Assembly (NCBI GenBank): GCA_964392445.1
Contig: CAYMPD010000013.1
Coordinates: 1 to 34,045, forward strand
Length of the DNA stretch: 34,045 nt
Reading direction: 5' to 3'
DNA from: an uncultured archaeon
GTDB taxonomy: Archaea; Aenigmatarchaeota; Aenigmatarchaeia; CG10238-14
Shown here: piece by piece, positions 1-9,700 of the stretch
Numbering within the stretch: the stretch's first letter is position 1
How the letters are laid out: every line of letters begins with the position of its first letter
Translations under genes and position numbers: made by a program
Notes under the pieces: model-generated
Databases searched by the model: none
Seen by the model: only the letters and a program-made list of their open reading frames with translations
What the model was told of the DNA's origin: nothing

Positions 1-63
1 CAGGGCTTATGTCATTGTGTTGGAAGATTGATTAACTATTTTTGTCCCACAGTCTGTTATTTA

Positions 64-1944
64 TTAACCAACACATTCATTTTGATCACTATCCCAGGTA
101 CAAGTATTCCCTGTCTCACATAAATCACCTTTACATGATAAATCTGGATCAAAGAAACCTGCATCAGTATAATCTTCACAGGAGTTTATTGTATTACAAT
201 CAACAGGGGTAACAGTAACTTCAAATTTATTATCATCCTCACCCGGACCCTCTTTGACTTCGTCCTTACGATCCACAACAAGTTGTATTTTGTATTCCCC
301 CTCTTCAGCAACCCAAGAATCAGATTCGAATACAGTAGGTAAAGTCATTTCCTCTATCAAAATACTTTCAGTTTCGCCTTCAATTTCATCATAAATCGCC
401 CATAAATTCTCTATATCCTCTCCAATAGGTTTTCCTTCCACCACTATTTGAGCTGAAAATGTATATTCCTCACCTATTATAATGTTAAAATCTCCTGCTA
501 TTGGATAAATTTTAATATTTGAATTTTCTGTACATCTATATTTACCATCAGGGAACTCGCCACATAAAGAGCATTCTGAAGGGCATTGGTTATCGCCAGG
601 ATTACATTCATCCCCACATTCTAAATCTTCATCCACTTCCTCACTTTCACTCAAACATAAAGCCACTTCACCATCACCAAAATAAGTACAAGGACATTCT
701 TCAGGACATCTAAAAGCTCCTCCTTCTAAACAACTTTCACCGCATTTTAAATCAGGTTCAAAATTCTCGCAAACACCCTCTTCACCACAACTTTCCTTTA
801 AATAACAACACATATTCGGTATTAAATCGTGTCGTGGGTTTTTCATACAGCTCTTACATAAAGTACTACAATCTAATGAGTCCTCAGGATATCTATCATG
901 ACACTTGGGATCAGTATATTTGATTTTAATTGACACTTCATCACCTTCTTTCCCCATATAATCAAGTAGTATATATGCACCACAAAAAGACATAGGATTA
1001 TCTTTACACAATTCCCAACTTTCCTCATTGAGACCACATCCAACATTTATGTCAAGACAGTCCCTACCAATTCTATCGAATCTTATATAGGTTTCCGAAT
1101 CTCCTTGTTCTCCTTTTACAACTATTCTATAATTCCCACCCACACCTGCATTTTCAAATGTAATTCTTTTTTCTCTGTCATATGGTATGATCTTATACGC
1201 TGGTTCTGCTAATATAAAAGTATTTTCAGCTTCCATGTCTCGAACAAAAGTTCCTTCTCGTTCCGAATAATCTGAAGTAATGTACATATTACCCTCCAAA
1301 ATCCCCACTTCTTCATAGGAGTTACCATAATTTTTCCCACCAATCCAACACGTTTTCTTTTCAACTTTATTCTTATCAATTAAAGCGTCATCTAACAACA
1401 ATAGATTTTTTTCTATTTTTTCTCCAAAAAGAAATCCTAAAATTTCATAAGCTTCTCGAGGTTTACGTAAAATTATATTTATAATATAATCTTCCAGACC
1501 CATTTCCCCCCCTGTAGGAAATATACAGTTATACCTCGATAGGTCATCCTCCCTACTTAGTGTTATATCTCTTTCCAGTTCAACTTCCACAGGATATTGC
1601 ACCGCATTCCATCCACATATTTTATAATCATCGTCCATCCATTGAGAGCTGCTACAAAAATCCGTTTTACAGCTTATTCTCCAAAAGTCATCATCGTCTA
1701 TTTCCAAGCATCCCCTAGTACATCTATAATAAGAGCATTTTAATGCCTCTTTAAAGAGATCTTTTTGTAACTCTTGTTCATAAATATCAAGTCCTAATTG
1801 TTCTTTAATATAATCCATTAGTCCCATCATGGCACTTACACCAGGTCCTAAAAGAAAATAACCCACAACAATTATTACCAAAATTGCTAGACTTATCTCT
1901 ACAAGTGTTTTTGTCGCAACTCCCTTTCCCATTTTAACAATCAT
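64..1944 (-). CDS. Large Cys-rich, acidic pilin-like/adhesin protein with class III signal peptide and CARDB-like domain
   Basis: N-terminal KMGKG followed by a hydrophobic helix. 38 Cys counted, including two DLxCGxxC repeats. C-terminal LVVDRKDEVKE..EDDN resembles a CARDB motif. Last gene of the pilus operon. Confidence 0.65.
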   Translation of the reverse strand: MIVKMGKGVATKTLVEISLAILVIIVVGYFLLGPGVSAMMGLMDYIKEQLGLDIYEQELQKDLFKEALKCSYYRCTRGCLEIDDDDFWRISCKTDFCSSSQWMDDDYKICGWNAVQYPVEVELERDITLSREDDLSRYNCIFPTGGEMGLEDYIINIILRKPREAYEILGFLFGEKIEKNLLLLDDALIDKNKVEKKTCWIGGKNYGNSYEEVGILEGNMYITSDYSEREGTFVRDMEAENTFILAEPAYKIIPYDREKRITFENAGVGGNYRIVVKGEQGDSETYIRFDRIGRDCLDINVGCGLNEESWELCKDNPMSFCGAYILLDYMGKEGDEVSIKIKYTDPKCHDRYPEDSLDCSTLCKSCMKNPRHDLIPNMCCYLKESCGEEGVCENFEPDLKCGESCLEGGAFRCPEECPCTYFGDGEVALCLSESEEVDEDLECGDECNPGDNQCPSECSLCGEFPDGKYRCTENSNIKIYPIAGDFNIIIGEEYTFSAQIVVEGKPIGEDIENLWAIYDEIEGETESILIEEMTLPTVFESDSWVAEEGEYKIQLVVDRKDEVKEGPGEDDNKFEVTVTPVDCNTINSCEDYTDAGFFDPDLSCKGDLCETGNTCTWDSDQNECVG

Positions 1945-2143
1945 CGCACATACCCATTTTAAATCCTAAAATATCCTTACAAAATAAATTACACTTAATC
2001 CCCTTAATAGCTTTTTGGGCAAACTCACTCACGATATCTGTTCCCTGACTTAAGAAAAACCAGAGTAAAGCTAACGCCATTATTCCAATTATCAAAGATA
2101 TTACAAAAGTTAATATTTTCCCCGTGACACCTTTTCTCATCAT
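1934..2143 (-). CDS. Small pilin-like protein (class III signal peptide)
   Basis: MMRKG followed by a hydrophobic helix, with 4 C-terminal Cys. Overlaps both neighbours in the pilus operon. Confidence 0.75.
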   Translation of the reverse strand: MMRKGVTGKILTFVISLIIGIMALALLWFFLSQGTDIVSEFAQKAIKGIKCNLFCKDILGFKMGMCDDC

Positions 2144-2268
2144 GGCTTAACAATCCCCTTAAGAATATTTATCGCAGAGAAGTAAAATAAAGCTAACACA
2201 ATCATAACAACTATCAGTAAGATTATAAACCACAATATATACCTGGAAACGTCTCCTTTCTTGTTCAT
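2140..2268 (-). CDS. 42-aa pilin-like protein, absent from the ORF track
   Basis: Hand translation MNKKGDVSRYILWFIILLIVVMIVLALFYFSAINILKGIVKP*. ATGA start/stop overlaps with both flanking genes. KKG plus hydrophobic helix. Confidence 0.75.
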   Translation of the reverse strand: MNKKGDVSRYILWFIILLIVVMIVLALFYFSAINILKGIVKP

Positions 2269-4226
2269 CCGAATCCCATCGTACTCAAGGTTATAAGCGA
2301 TGTTAATATCAAGTAAAGTACTATTACAGTAATTGAATAAATGCCAAGAGCGGTCAACAAGGACATCCCGATATCATATTTCCTTTGTATCTTCTCATCA
2401 CCATATTTAATTATACTCAAAAACAACGTTATCATTACCACAACCTCTATCATGTAAATACCAACAATCAACTGAAAATAAGAAACAGGTAATATTTTAT
2501 CGATGGTTAGTATTGAATTGAAAGCTGTCCCTCCCACAGTTCCGATAGGTCCATATGATTGCATCTGTTCCTGAAACTTCACAACCCATTCACTAAGATT
2601 GACGAGCATGTGCATCATCATCGCTGCCAAAGCAACAACAATCCCTGAAGCAATCGGGGCAAGTATAAGTGACTGAATCCTCATTGTAGAAGTGACCTCA
2701 GAAAGTATATCTTCCAAATACTCCTCTATCTCCCGCATGTTTTTCAGATAACTCGATATTGATAATATTGAATCGGATAAAATGCTAGTACCAGAATAAG
2801 ATATGTCAGATATAGCTTTCAACATAGCACTGATCAAATAGGATGGATATTCGTATATAGCCCCATTTTTGGTGTTAAATGTTGCTTGTTTAAAAGTCAT
2901 TCCAAACATCTGGATGTTGTTGACTATTATTCTGAAAAGTTCCATTATCTTTAGTTCTTGAATTCGGTTTTTTATCTGGAGTATGTTATTTTCTATAGAT
3001 CCCCCACTTTTTAGCTGATGACCGATCTGGAAGAGAACCATGTGTAATTCATTCTCCATTTCAATTATCTTATCTTTTTTCTTGAGTTTCGGTATACTTG
3101 ACATAAAACAGTGAACGGAAATACCTAACGAGGTCCCGACTATGACCAACAGTGAAAACATTAACAGCTTAAAACTGAATTGTTCGGTTGATCTTAACAT
3201 ACTAAATAAACCGAACCCACTGATAACTAACGTTATCAAAACTGGTATTAGTATATTTTTGTCTAAAATTTTCTTCAGTGTCTTTTTTCTCTCTTCCAAA
3301 ACCTCAGGTTGATGAAAAGTGGCAGGTCTCTTCTTTAAAAAAGACATCATAAGGAAAAATACTACAAGAGGAAGTAAGACATCATAACCTATTGCTATAG
3401 CAATTGGCTTAACAGCATCCGGCATGAATATAGTTAACATCGGAAAGAACATCAGACCTATGATTGGAAGTAATATCCCCAATGCATTTAAAATTTTCAA
3501 TGAGCTATCCATCTCTCTTGAATACCTTCTCATCGAGGATTTTGTACCATCGAGAACGGTTCTCACGGCTTCGTTCAAAGAACTTTCTCTCTCAGCAATC
3601 CCTTGTGACAAAGACGATTTTATTAGATTAAGAGCTTGAGTGAATTCCCGATTTTCAAATTTCCACTTTTTGATAAAAGCGTCTAAGCCCTTATTAAAAG
3701 AAAAATATTTTCCATTAAAAACGTCCCACACCAGTTCTCCCAAATCCACTCCTAAAGGTCCTCTAAGATTTGATGCTGCGAATATAACTGCGGCTTCTAG
3801 ATTTGATTTAATCTTCATAGAAACAGTCATATAAACAACTGCCAAAACCATCTCAGAACTTGCTTTGATTTTATACTGTACCGAATAAAAATGGGGATAA
3901 TTGAGGATGTGATAACCTAAACCGAAAGTACAGATAAAGAAAATTATCGTGAAAGGAATTGGTATCATTCCAATTAAAGTGGTCATTAAAAAAAACAAAG
4001 AAAGTAAGGATGTAAATAAGAAGGAAAAAATCACCGGTCCTTTGGGTGTAATCTCAAGATGGCAGAAATTTATTGCCTCTTGTAATTTTTCCTCATTAAT
4101 ACGTGGCACAGGTATTGAAACTTTTTGCTCCAATAAAATACAGATTTTCTCGTATATGGTTTTTTTCCTTGGTTTTATCCCAAGTCTAATAAGATCCTGC
4201 TTAGAGTCGCCTATTATATCAAACAC
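2265..4226 (-). CDS. Type IV pilus/Tad membrane platform protein (two T2SSF-like halves)
   Basis: 653-aa polytopic membrane protein directly downstream of the secretion ATPase, with two repeats of a cytoplasmic domain plus TM helices. Confidence 0.8.
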   Translation of the reverse strand: MFDIIGDSKQDLIRLGIKPRKKTIYEKICILLEQKVSIPVPRINEEKLQEAINFCHLEITPKGPVIFSFLFTSLLSLFFLMTTLIGMIPIPFTIIFFICTFGLGYHILNYPHFYSVQYKIKASSEMVLAVVYMTVSMKIKSNLEAAVIFAASNLRGPLGVDLGELVWDVFNGKYFSFNKGLDAFIKKWKFENREFTQALNLIKSSLSQGIAERESSLNEAVRTVLDGTKSSMRRYSREMDSSLKILNALGILLPIIGLMFFPMLTIFMPDAVKPIAIAIGYDVLLPLVVFFLMMSFLKKRPATFHQPEVLEERKKTLKKILDKNILIPVLITLVISGFGLFSMLRSTEQFSFKLLMFSLLVIVGTSLGISVHCFMSSIPKLKKKDKIIEMENELHMVLFQIGHQLKSGGSIENNILQIKNRIQELKIMELFRIIVNNIQMFGMTFKQATFNTKNGAIYEYPSYLISAMLKAISDISYSGTSILSDSILSISSYLKNMREIEEYLEDILSEVTSTMRIQSLILAPIASGIVVALAAMMMHMLVNLSEWVVKFQEQMQSYGPIGTVGGTAFNSILTIDKILPVSYFQLIVGIYMIEVVVMITLFLSIIKYGDEKIQRKYDIGMSLLTALGIYSITVIVLYLILTSLITLSTMGFG

Positions 4227-6465
4227 CCTCTTTTCGTTTTATTTCATCTCTAAACCAATTTTCCCATCTTTTAAATATCATATCTGGGTCCAAAGTCCCA
4301 ACCTCTTTTTTCACATCCTCTGAAATTACATGAAACATATCATTAGCCCTAACAACCCAGTTAGCCTCAAGTATGTCATACCTATCCAATTTTTTCGCAT
4401 AATTATACATTGTTCCCTTTACTTTTCCTCTCAGTAATATATTATTCCAAACAGCGTCCCAATTACCATGCCATTCTTTAACACGTTTCGCGATCTCGTT
4501 GATGATATAAGATTCACCATTAATCAAAGTACTTGTGGGTTTTAACTGGTCTTCTCTAGCATCATATTCCATTAAATTGATAAATGCGTTTTCCTCCATG
4601 GGATCATCCATCCATCTTTTCCGTATTTCAGTTACTTCTAAAACCCTTCTGATCCTATGCAATCCATCCGCACTCCTTATCATCCCACAAACAACAATAA
4701 TATCAGTTGCCTTAAAACTGGTCTTAGGAACTCCCAAATCATTAACAACCCTATCAAATACACCATAAGCAGATTCACCGTGGATGGTTCCTGCAACCAC
4801 ATGGGCCAATGCACCAATACGCATTGCTTCCCAGAGAGCTTGGGCCTCTTTAGACCTGACCTCACCTATTATCAAGCAGGAATCTCCCAAACGTAAGGCT
4901 GTTCTTAATGCTTCATCTGCAGGTAATTCCGACTCAACCCTTGTAATAACTGATCTTGATTTCATTCTTTCAATGTTATATCCTATGTTTCTTAGTTGGG
5001 TTACTGGTAACTCTAACGTGTCTTCCACCGAAACAATGCGAAATTTTCTCATTATCTCAAGCATGGTTGCACCTAAAAGACTGCTTTTACCACTTGATCT
5101 ACCACCTGCTATCAAGAGTGAACGAGATCCTTGAACCAAGAAGTTCATCAAGCCCGCAAACATCGGGTTAAAATATTTGACTTTAATGAAAAGTGGATAG
5201 GTCCATGGTTTGTCTCTGTGTCTTCTTAAAGCATATCCTATTCCTTCAGGGCTAAGTGTTCTTGTTATAGCAGCCACCCTTGCCCTACCTCCTGGAACCA
5301 ATAACTCTGTATCTAAAACTGGATTTGCCTCGTCTAATGGTCTTCCAGACAACATTCTAAATCTAGTGGCCCAACTTTCAGCATCTTCTTGAGTTGGTAT
5401 AAGATTAGTTTCACATTCCTCGAAATCATCATGTCCCACAAAAATAGGCATAACACCTATGGGGGAATTGATGTAAATATCTTGTAATTTAGGATCTGCC
5501 AATAAGATTTCCAATATCCCAAAACCTGCGGTGTATCTTGCAAGAATATTTGAAAGTTCTTTTAATTCGGCTGAAGAAAGTCTTATTCCTTGTTCTCCTG
5601 CCAATTTTTGGATTGTATCTTTTCCTAAATTCATGAAAACTTCTCTTGCTTTCTCAGGATCAATAAACTCTGTTCTAGTTGGTTTGTGTTCAGCCAATAT
5701 TCTTCTAGCATTGTCAAGTAAGAAATATTTATTATCCGGTAGTTTAAACTCTGGAGGGGTTATATGATAACAATGTCTTACCTTTCCCGGTGCTCTAAAA
5801 ATTTCTACAACGATATTTCCTGGTAGATTATATCTATCAACTAATCTTGATCCTTTTGGTGGTATAGAAACATATCTGGTAAGCATGAAAACTGGTCTGA
5901 TTAAAGGAGAGAATAATTTTCTGTAGAGTGAACGATCACCTAACTTATAACCGTATATCTTGTCTTGGACTAGTTTGATAATTTTTAATTCTTCCATCTT
6001 TCTCTTGAGTTCACCCAAAAATCTCAAATAATTATCATAATACTTTCTTTTAGTACCCCTACTTCTATCTCTTCTTGTTCTATATCTCCTAATAAGCCTT
6101 TTAATTTTAACATAAGCTGCTATTGGGTCCCTCCTTAACATTTCCTGAAGTACTACTTGTAGTTCTTTTCTTAGGCCAGGTATAACTCTTTCTATTTCCC
6201 TTAAAAATGCACTGTCCAAAACCCTATCTTCCATTACAAGTTTATTGTAAAGGGTAGCTACTTCCAAAAGTAACTTTGTCTGATCGAAATCATATTCGTG
6301 TTCTCTTCTTTCTGAAAGAATGATTCTTCCTACCTTTTTAATCTCTCTAAGTTTGTCAACAGTTGTCTTCATACAAACGTCAAAGTCTTCTATTGATGAA
6401 CCAAAAACACATCCTCTGCAATTTACTTTTAATATGTCACCTTCCAGTTCATAATTACAGACCAT
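4219..6465 (-). CDS. Type II/IV secretion (VirB11/TadA-like) pilus assembly ATPase
   Basis: Walker A GGRSSGKS, Asp box VEDTLEL, Walker B IIGEVR, His box GTIHG. Start moved to the ATG at 6465 (MVCNY) behind a GGTG SD. Cys-containing N-terminal extension. Confidence 0.92.
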   Translation of the reverse strand: MVCNYELEGDILKVNCRGCVFGSSIEDFDVCMKTTVDKLREIKKVGRIILSERREHEYDFDQTKLLLEVATLYNKLVMEDRVLDSAFLREIERVIPGLRKELQVVLQEMLRRDPIAAYVKIKRLIRRYRTRRDRSRGTKRKYYDNYLRFLGELKRKMEELKIIKLVQDKIYGYKLGDRSLYRKLFSPLIRPVFMLTRYVSIPPKGSRLVDRYNLPGNIVVEIFRAPGKVRHCYHITPPEFKLPDNKYFLLDNARRILAEHKPTRTEFIDPEKAREVFMNLGKDTIQKLAGEQGIRLSSAELKELSNILARYTAGFGILEILLADPKLQDIYINSPIGVMPIFVGHDDFEECETNLIPTQEDAESWATRFRMLSGRPLDEANPVLDTELLVPGGRARVAAITRTLSPEGIGYALRRHRDKPWTYPLFIKVKYFNPMFAGLMNFLVQGSRSLLIAGGRSSGKSSLLGATMLEIMRKFRIVSVEDTLELPVTQLRNIGYNIERMKSRSVITRVESELPADEALRTALRLGDSCLIIGEVRSKEAQALWEAMRIGALAHVVAGTIHGESAYGVFDRVVNDLGVPKTSFKATDIIVVCGMIRSADGLHRIRRVLEVTEIRKRWMDDPMEENAFINLMEYDAREDQLKPTSTLINGESYIINEIAKRVKEWHGNWDAVWNNILLRGKVKGTMYNYAKKLDRYDILEANWVVRANDMFHVISEDVKKEVGTLDPDMIFKRWENWFRDEIKRKEGV

Positions 6466-6524
6466 TCCAAACACCAAAACTGTAAATTTATTTGTATACA
6501 GACCCAATAATTATTATTGGTTTT

Positions 6525-6923
6525 ATGGTATTTGAAAGAAAACCCCAACCCACACCAAGTGGCATAAGTAATGAAGTAGTTAGAATCACAAACGAAAATA
6601 CAAGAAGGATAAGAATGCTCGAACAAAGCCTAGAATCTTCTAGAAATAGAATAACATCTTTGGAGGAAAGAATGATAGAAGAGATGGGTGATATCAAAAA
6701 ATGGATGGACCAGTTGGCTGTTGATGTTAAAGAAGTTTCAAAGGAATTGAAAAAAATAAGAGCCGACATTATGAGGATGGAGAAGGAATTGAATAAAACG
6801 GCTAGAAAATCTGAAATTAAGGAACTGGAAAGTTTATTGGATTTATATAATCCTATAAAGTCACATTTTGTAACAAGAGAAGATGTAATAAGAATAATAG
6901 ATAGAGAATTGAATAAAGTTTAA
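6525..6923 (+). CDS. Coiled-coil hypothetical protein
   Basis: Heptad-rich central region. ATG 6525 is preferred because the track's TTG 6492 would overlap the divergent ATPase ORF. Confidence 0.7.
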   Translation: MVFERKPQPTPSGISNEVVRITNENTRRIRMLEQSLESSRNRITSLEERMIEEMGDIKKWMDQLAVDVKEVSKELKKIRADIMRMEKELNKTARKSEIKELESLLDLYNPIKSHFVTREDVIRIIDRELNKV

Positions 6924-6978
6924 TAAAGATAAAAACAAAATTTAAGTTAGAAAGTCGATTAATAATAAGGTGTAATGT

Positions 6979-7683
6979 TTGATAAAATTCTTTGGCTCAA
7001 AAAAGAAAACCCCTGAAAAAAGTCCGAAAGTGGGGAAGGGTTCAATTCCCACGAATAAAATAAAATCCTTAAGTAATAAGGGGTTTTCAGAACCTGAAAT
7101 TATTGATATTCTAAGAAAAGAAGGGTATAGTTCTGAAGAGATAGATTCTGGGTTAACACAAGCCTTGAAACTGGGTGTAAGTGGACAACAAGATAATAGA
7201 GACGAAATGCCAACACTCCAAGAGTTACAGGCTCAACAACAACAAACCCAATCATTTTCCCAACCCCAACAATCTCCCACAGGGCAGGGTTTCGATCAAG
7301 CTCCTCAGATGCCTGAACCATCCATGCAGATGCAACAGAGTTATTATCCTGCAAATGACTATAATACTGAAGAGTTGGTTGAATCCATAGTTCAGGAAAG
7401 AATGACTGACTTAGACAAAAAATTGGTAGAATTCCGAAGTAAATACAAAAACCTCGAAAGAAAGATGTCAGATTTACACAATCAACTATCAGTCATGTCC
7501 AAAAGTAAGAGCGAAGCCGAGCATGCTATTATAAGTAAATTAGAGTCCTATGAAGGCACACTTACAGAAATGAACGGGAGATTATCTAGCTTGGAAAAGG
7601 CTTTCAAAGAAGCATTACCTGCATTAATAGAAAGTGTGAGATCCTTAACAGATCTCGTAGGAAGGTTTAAAAGAAAAGCTTAA
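6979..7683 (+). CDS. Hypothetical protein: small N-terminal helical domain, Q/P-rich linker, C-terminal coiled coil
   Basis: TTG start 6 nt after AGGTG. Contains the motif IIDILRKEGYSSEEID, a low-complexity QP linker and heptads. Confidence 0.75.
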   Translation: MIKFFGSKKKTPEKSPKVGKGSIPTNKIKSLSNKGFSEPEIIDILRKEGYSSEEIDSGLTQALKLGVSGQQDNRDEMPTLQELQAQQQQTQSFSQPQQSPTGQGFDQAPQMPEPSMQMQQSYYPANDYNTEELVESIVQERMTDLDKKLVEFRSKYKNLERKMSDLHNQLSVMSKSKSEAEHAIISKLESYEGTLTEMNGRLSSLEKAFKEALPALIESVRSLTDLVGRFKRKA

Positions 7684-7720
7684 GTTAAGATATTTATTGT
7701 CATTTTCTTAATAGTTTCAT

Positions 7721-8248
7721 ATGGCTAACCCTTTTGAGATAGTTGCACGGAGACTTGGAGAATTAGGGGTTTATGATTTTCTCTTGCCTTGGATGATAAC
7801 TTCTGCACTTATTTGGGGACTGTTACAAAAAGCAAAGTTGTTCGGTGAAGGAAATCAAGCTATTCACGCTGTTTTATCTTTCTCAGTATCATTCTTTATC
7901 TGGGGGTTTTTAACATTTACTGGGGTAGGACTGGGTGCTACTTTATCTAAATTTTTCACACAGATCATGTTAGTGGGTATAGGGTTTTCATTTATACTAT
8001 TAGTTGGGAGTCTGTTCTTCCCAGATTTTTCAAGTGCATTAAAAGAAAAATTACCAGATGTTTCACTTTTTTGGATAGTGTTCACTATCGGTATGATTAT
8101 AGCTATAGGAGCTGGATTGTTAAATATAAGTGAAGTTATTTATAATGTTTTATCTGTAGGTGGGAAAATACCTGGTGGGGATGTAGGTCTACTAATGGTA
8201 TCAGTTATTGTATTGGTTGTATTGCTAATGATTGTAACTGCGTTTTGA
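7721..8248 (+). CDS. Polytopic membrane protein, paralog 1 of 3
   Basis: Hydrophobic helices. N-terminal G-x-[YF]-x-[FY]-[LY]-[LF]-P...LL..xK[IL]F motif shared with the next two genes. Confidence 0.75.
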   Translation: MANPFEIVARRLGELGVYDFLLPWMITSALIWGLLQKAKLFGEGNQAIHAVLSFSVSFFIWGFLTFTGVGLGATLSKFFTQIMLVGIGFSFILLVGSLFFPDFSSALKEKLPDVSLFWIVFTIGMIIAIGAGLLNISEVIYNVLSVGGKIPGGDVGLLMVSVIVLVVLLMIVTAF

Positions 8249-8257
8249 GGTGATAGG

Positions 8258-8899
8258 TTGCCAGATGTGTTCACAATTGTAATAAAAAAACTTCAAGAAA
8301 TGGGAGCATTTAATTTCCTATTTCCATTTATGTTGACGACTGCTATTTTTTACGGTTTACTCAGAAGATCAAAGATTTTTATGATGACAAAAAAAGAGTA
8401 TGTGACTAATAGGGATACTAAAGAGAAGAAGGAGTATGAAGTTGAAGTCGGGAGTGCGGTTAATGCTGTTGTTGCTGTAATTGCTGGATTCATGGTTTGG
8501 GCATATCCTATTCTTACGGGTGTTAATGTTGAAAAACAATTATCTGTGTTTTTCATGCAGGGAGCAATTGTTACTTTGATTTTTGTTATAGCTTTAATGA
8601 TATTAGGGATGTTCATGAAACCTGATATTTCAGAACAATTACACGAGCTTCTATTTAAAGACGGGAAACTAGGATTAAGCGCGATACTTATAATAGCGGT
8701 TGGTATTGGGGTTTTAGTGTTTGTTACGAGTGGTTTAATGGGCCTGATCACTGGTCCGGTAGTTGCTAGGATAGATCTGAGCAATGATACTGTTTTAACA
8801 ATAGTAGTGTTAGGTTTATTAATACTGCCGCTTATATTTATATTTAGAGAAGGTGGTTCAACCCCCTCAGGTAGTTCAAATAATTCAACGGGTGAGTAA
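8258..8899 (+). CDS. Polytopic membrane protein, paralog 2 of 3
   Basis: Same N-terminal motif. TTG start after a GAGGTGA SD. Confidence 0.75.
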   Translation: MPDVFTIVIKKLQEMGAFNFLFPFMLTTAIFYGLLRRSKIFMMTKKEYVTNRDTKEKKEYEVEVGSAVNAVVAVIAGFMVWAYPILTGVNVEKQLSVFFMQGAIVTLIFVIALMILGMFMKPDISEQLHELLFKDGKLGLSAILIIAVGIGVLVFVTSGLMGLITGPVVARIDLSNDTVLTIVVLGLLILPLIFIFREGGSTPSGSSNNSTGE

Positions 8900-8902
8900 T
8901 TA

Positions 8903-9457
8903 ATGACTGCAATTGAGACTATACTGAATGTTTTAACACGTCAAGGTATTTTTGAATATTATTTACCGTTTTTATTGGTATTTTCGATATTTTATGCTTT
9001 ATTGGTAAAGATAAAAATTTTTGGAAAAGAAAGGCCCGGTCCTCAAATATCTGCAATCGTAGCATTAATTGCTGGTCTATACATCATGAGTACTAGTGTT
9101 GGTATAAATTTAAGTCAGTTTTTTGCAGCTTTTTTTGTACAAACGAGTGTTTTCTTAACTTTAATAATGGTTATAGGTATGACATTAGGAGCTTTAGCTA
9201 TACCATATATAGTAGGTGAGGGCGAGGACTTGAAAAAATTCTTCGAAAAACCCGAATATAGACTTGGTCTCGCAATTATAGCCATTTTAGTTGTTCTAGC
9301 TATGTTTACGAGTAATTTAATTTCAATACCAGGCATGCCAGGATTTTCACTACCAGGATTATCTGGTGATGATATTGCAGTAATACTTTTAGTATTAGCA
9401 ACTTTAGGAATAATTATTTGGGTTTCTTGGAAACCTAGAAGTGGTGATAATGAATAG
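8903..9457 (+). CDS. Polytopic membrane protein, paralog 3 of 3
   Basis: Same N-terminal motif, 3 bp after paralog 2. Confidence 0.75.
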   Translation: MTAIETILNVLTRQGIFEYYLPFLLVFSIFYALLVKIKIFGKERPGPQISAIVALIAGLYIMSTSVGINLSQFFAAFFVQTSVFLTLIMVIGMTLGALAIPYIVGEGEDLKKFFEKPEYRLGLAIIAILVVLAMFTSNLISIPGMPGFSLPGLSGDDIAVILLVLATLGIIIWVSWKPRSGDNE

Positions 9458-9700
9458 TTAATCCTCTAATCTCTCCAATTCTTCCCCGCACTCAAACAAT
9501 CCCCAAGCAAAAGAAATCAATTCCCAAGCTTTAACATAATCTCCTTGTTCAAGAAAATGTTCAGTATCGACAATGTAAGCATTAATGTTCTTCAAAAGTT
9601 CTTTTCCCTTGACATCAACAGGTTCAGTTTTATCTAATTTTTTCTTAAGTTTCCCTAACCATTCTTCGATTAATTCTCGTGGGATTTTATCCTTGATCAT
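9458..9700 (-). CDS. DUF357-like protein
   Basis: AYIVDTEHFLEQGDYVKAWELISFAWG pattern. Lies immediately downstream of diphthine synthase, the usual archaeal context. Confidence 0.8.
   Translation of the reverse strand: MIKDKIPRELIEEWLGKLKKKLDKTEPVDVKGKELLKNINAYIVDTEHFLEQGDYVKAWELISFAWGLFECGEELERLED

Noticed and set aside
6975-6990. Possible frameshifted start ATG TTT GAT AAA-A-TTC (MFDKFFGSKK) for the 234-aa protein
   Set aside because: The ATG is only 2 nt from the SD, whereas the in-frame TTG at 6979 has ideal 6-nt spacing. No frameshift is needed.
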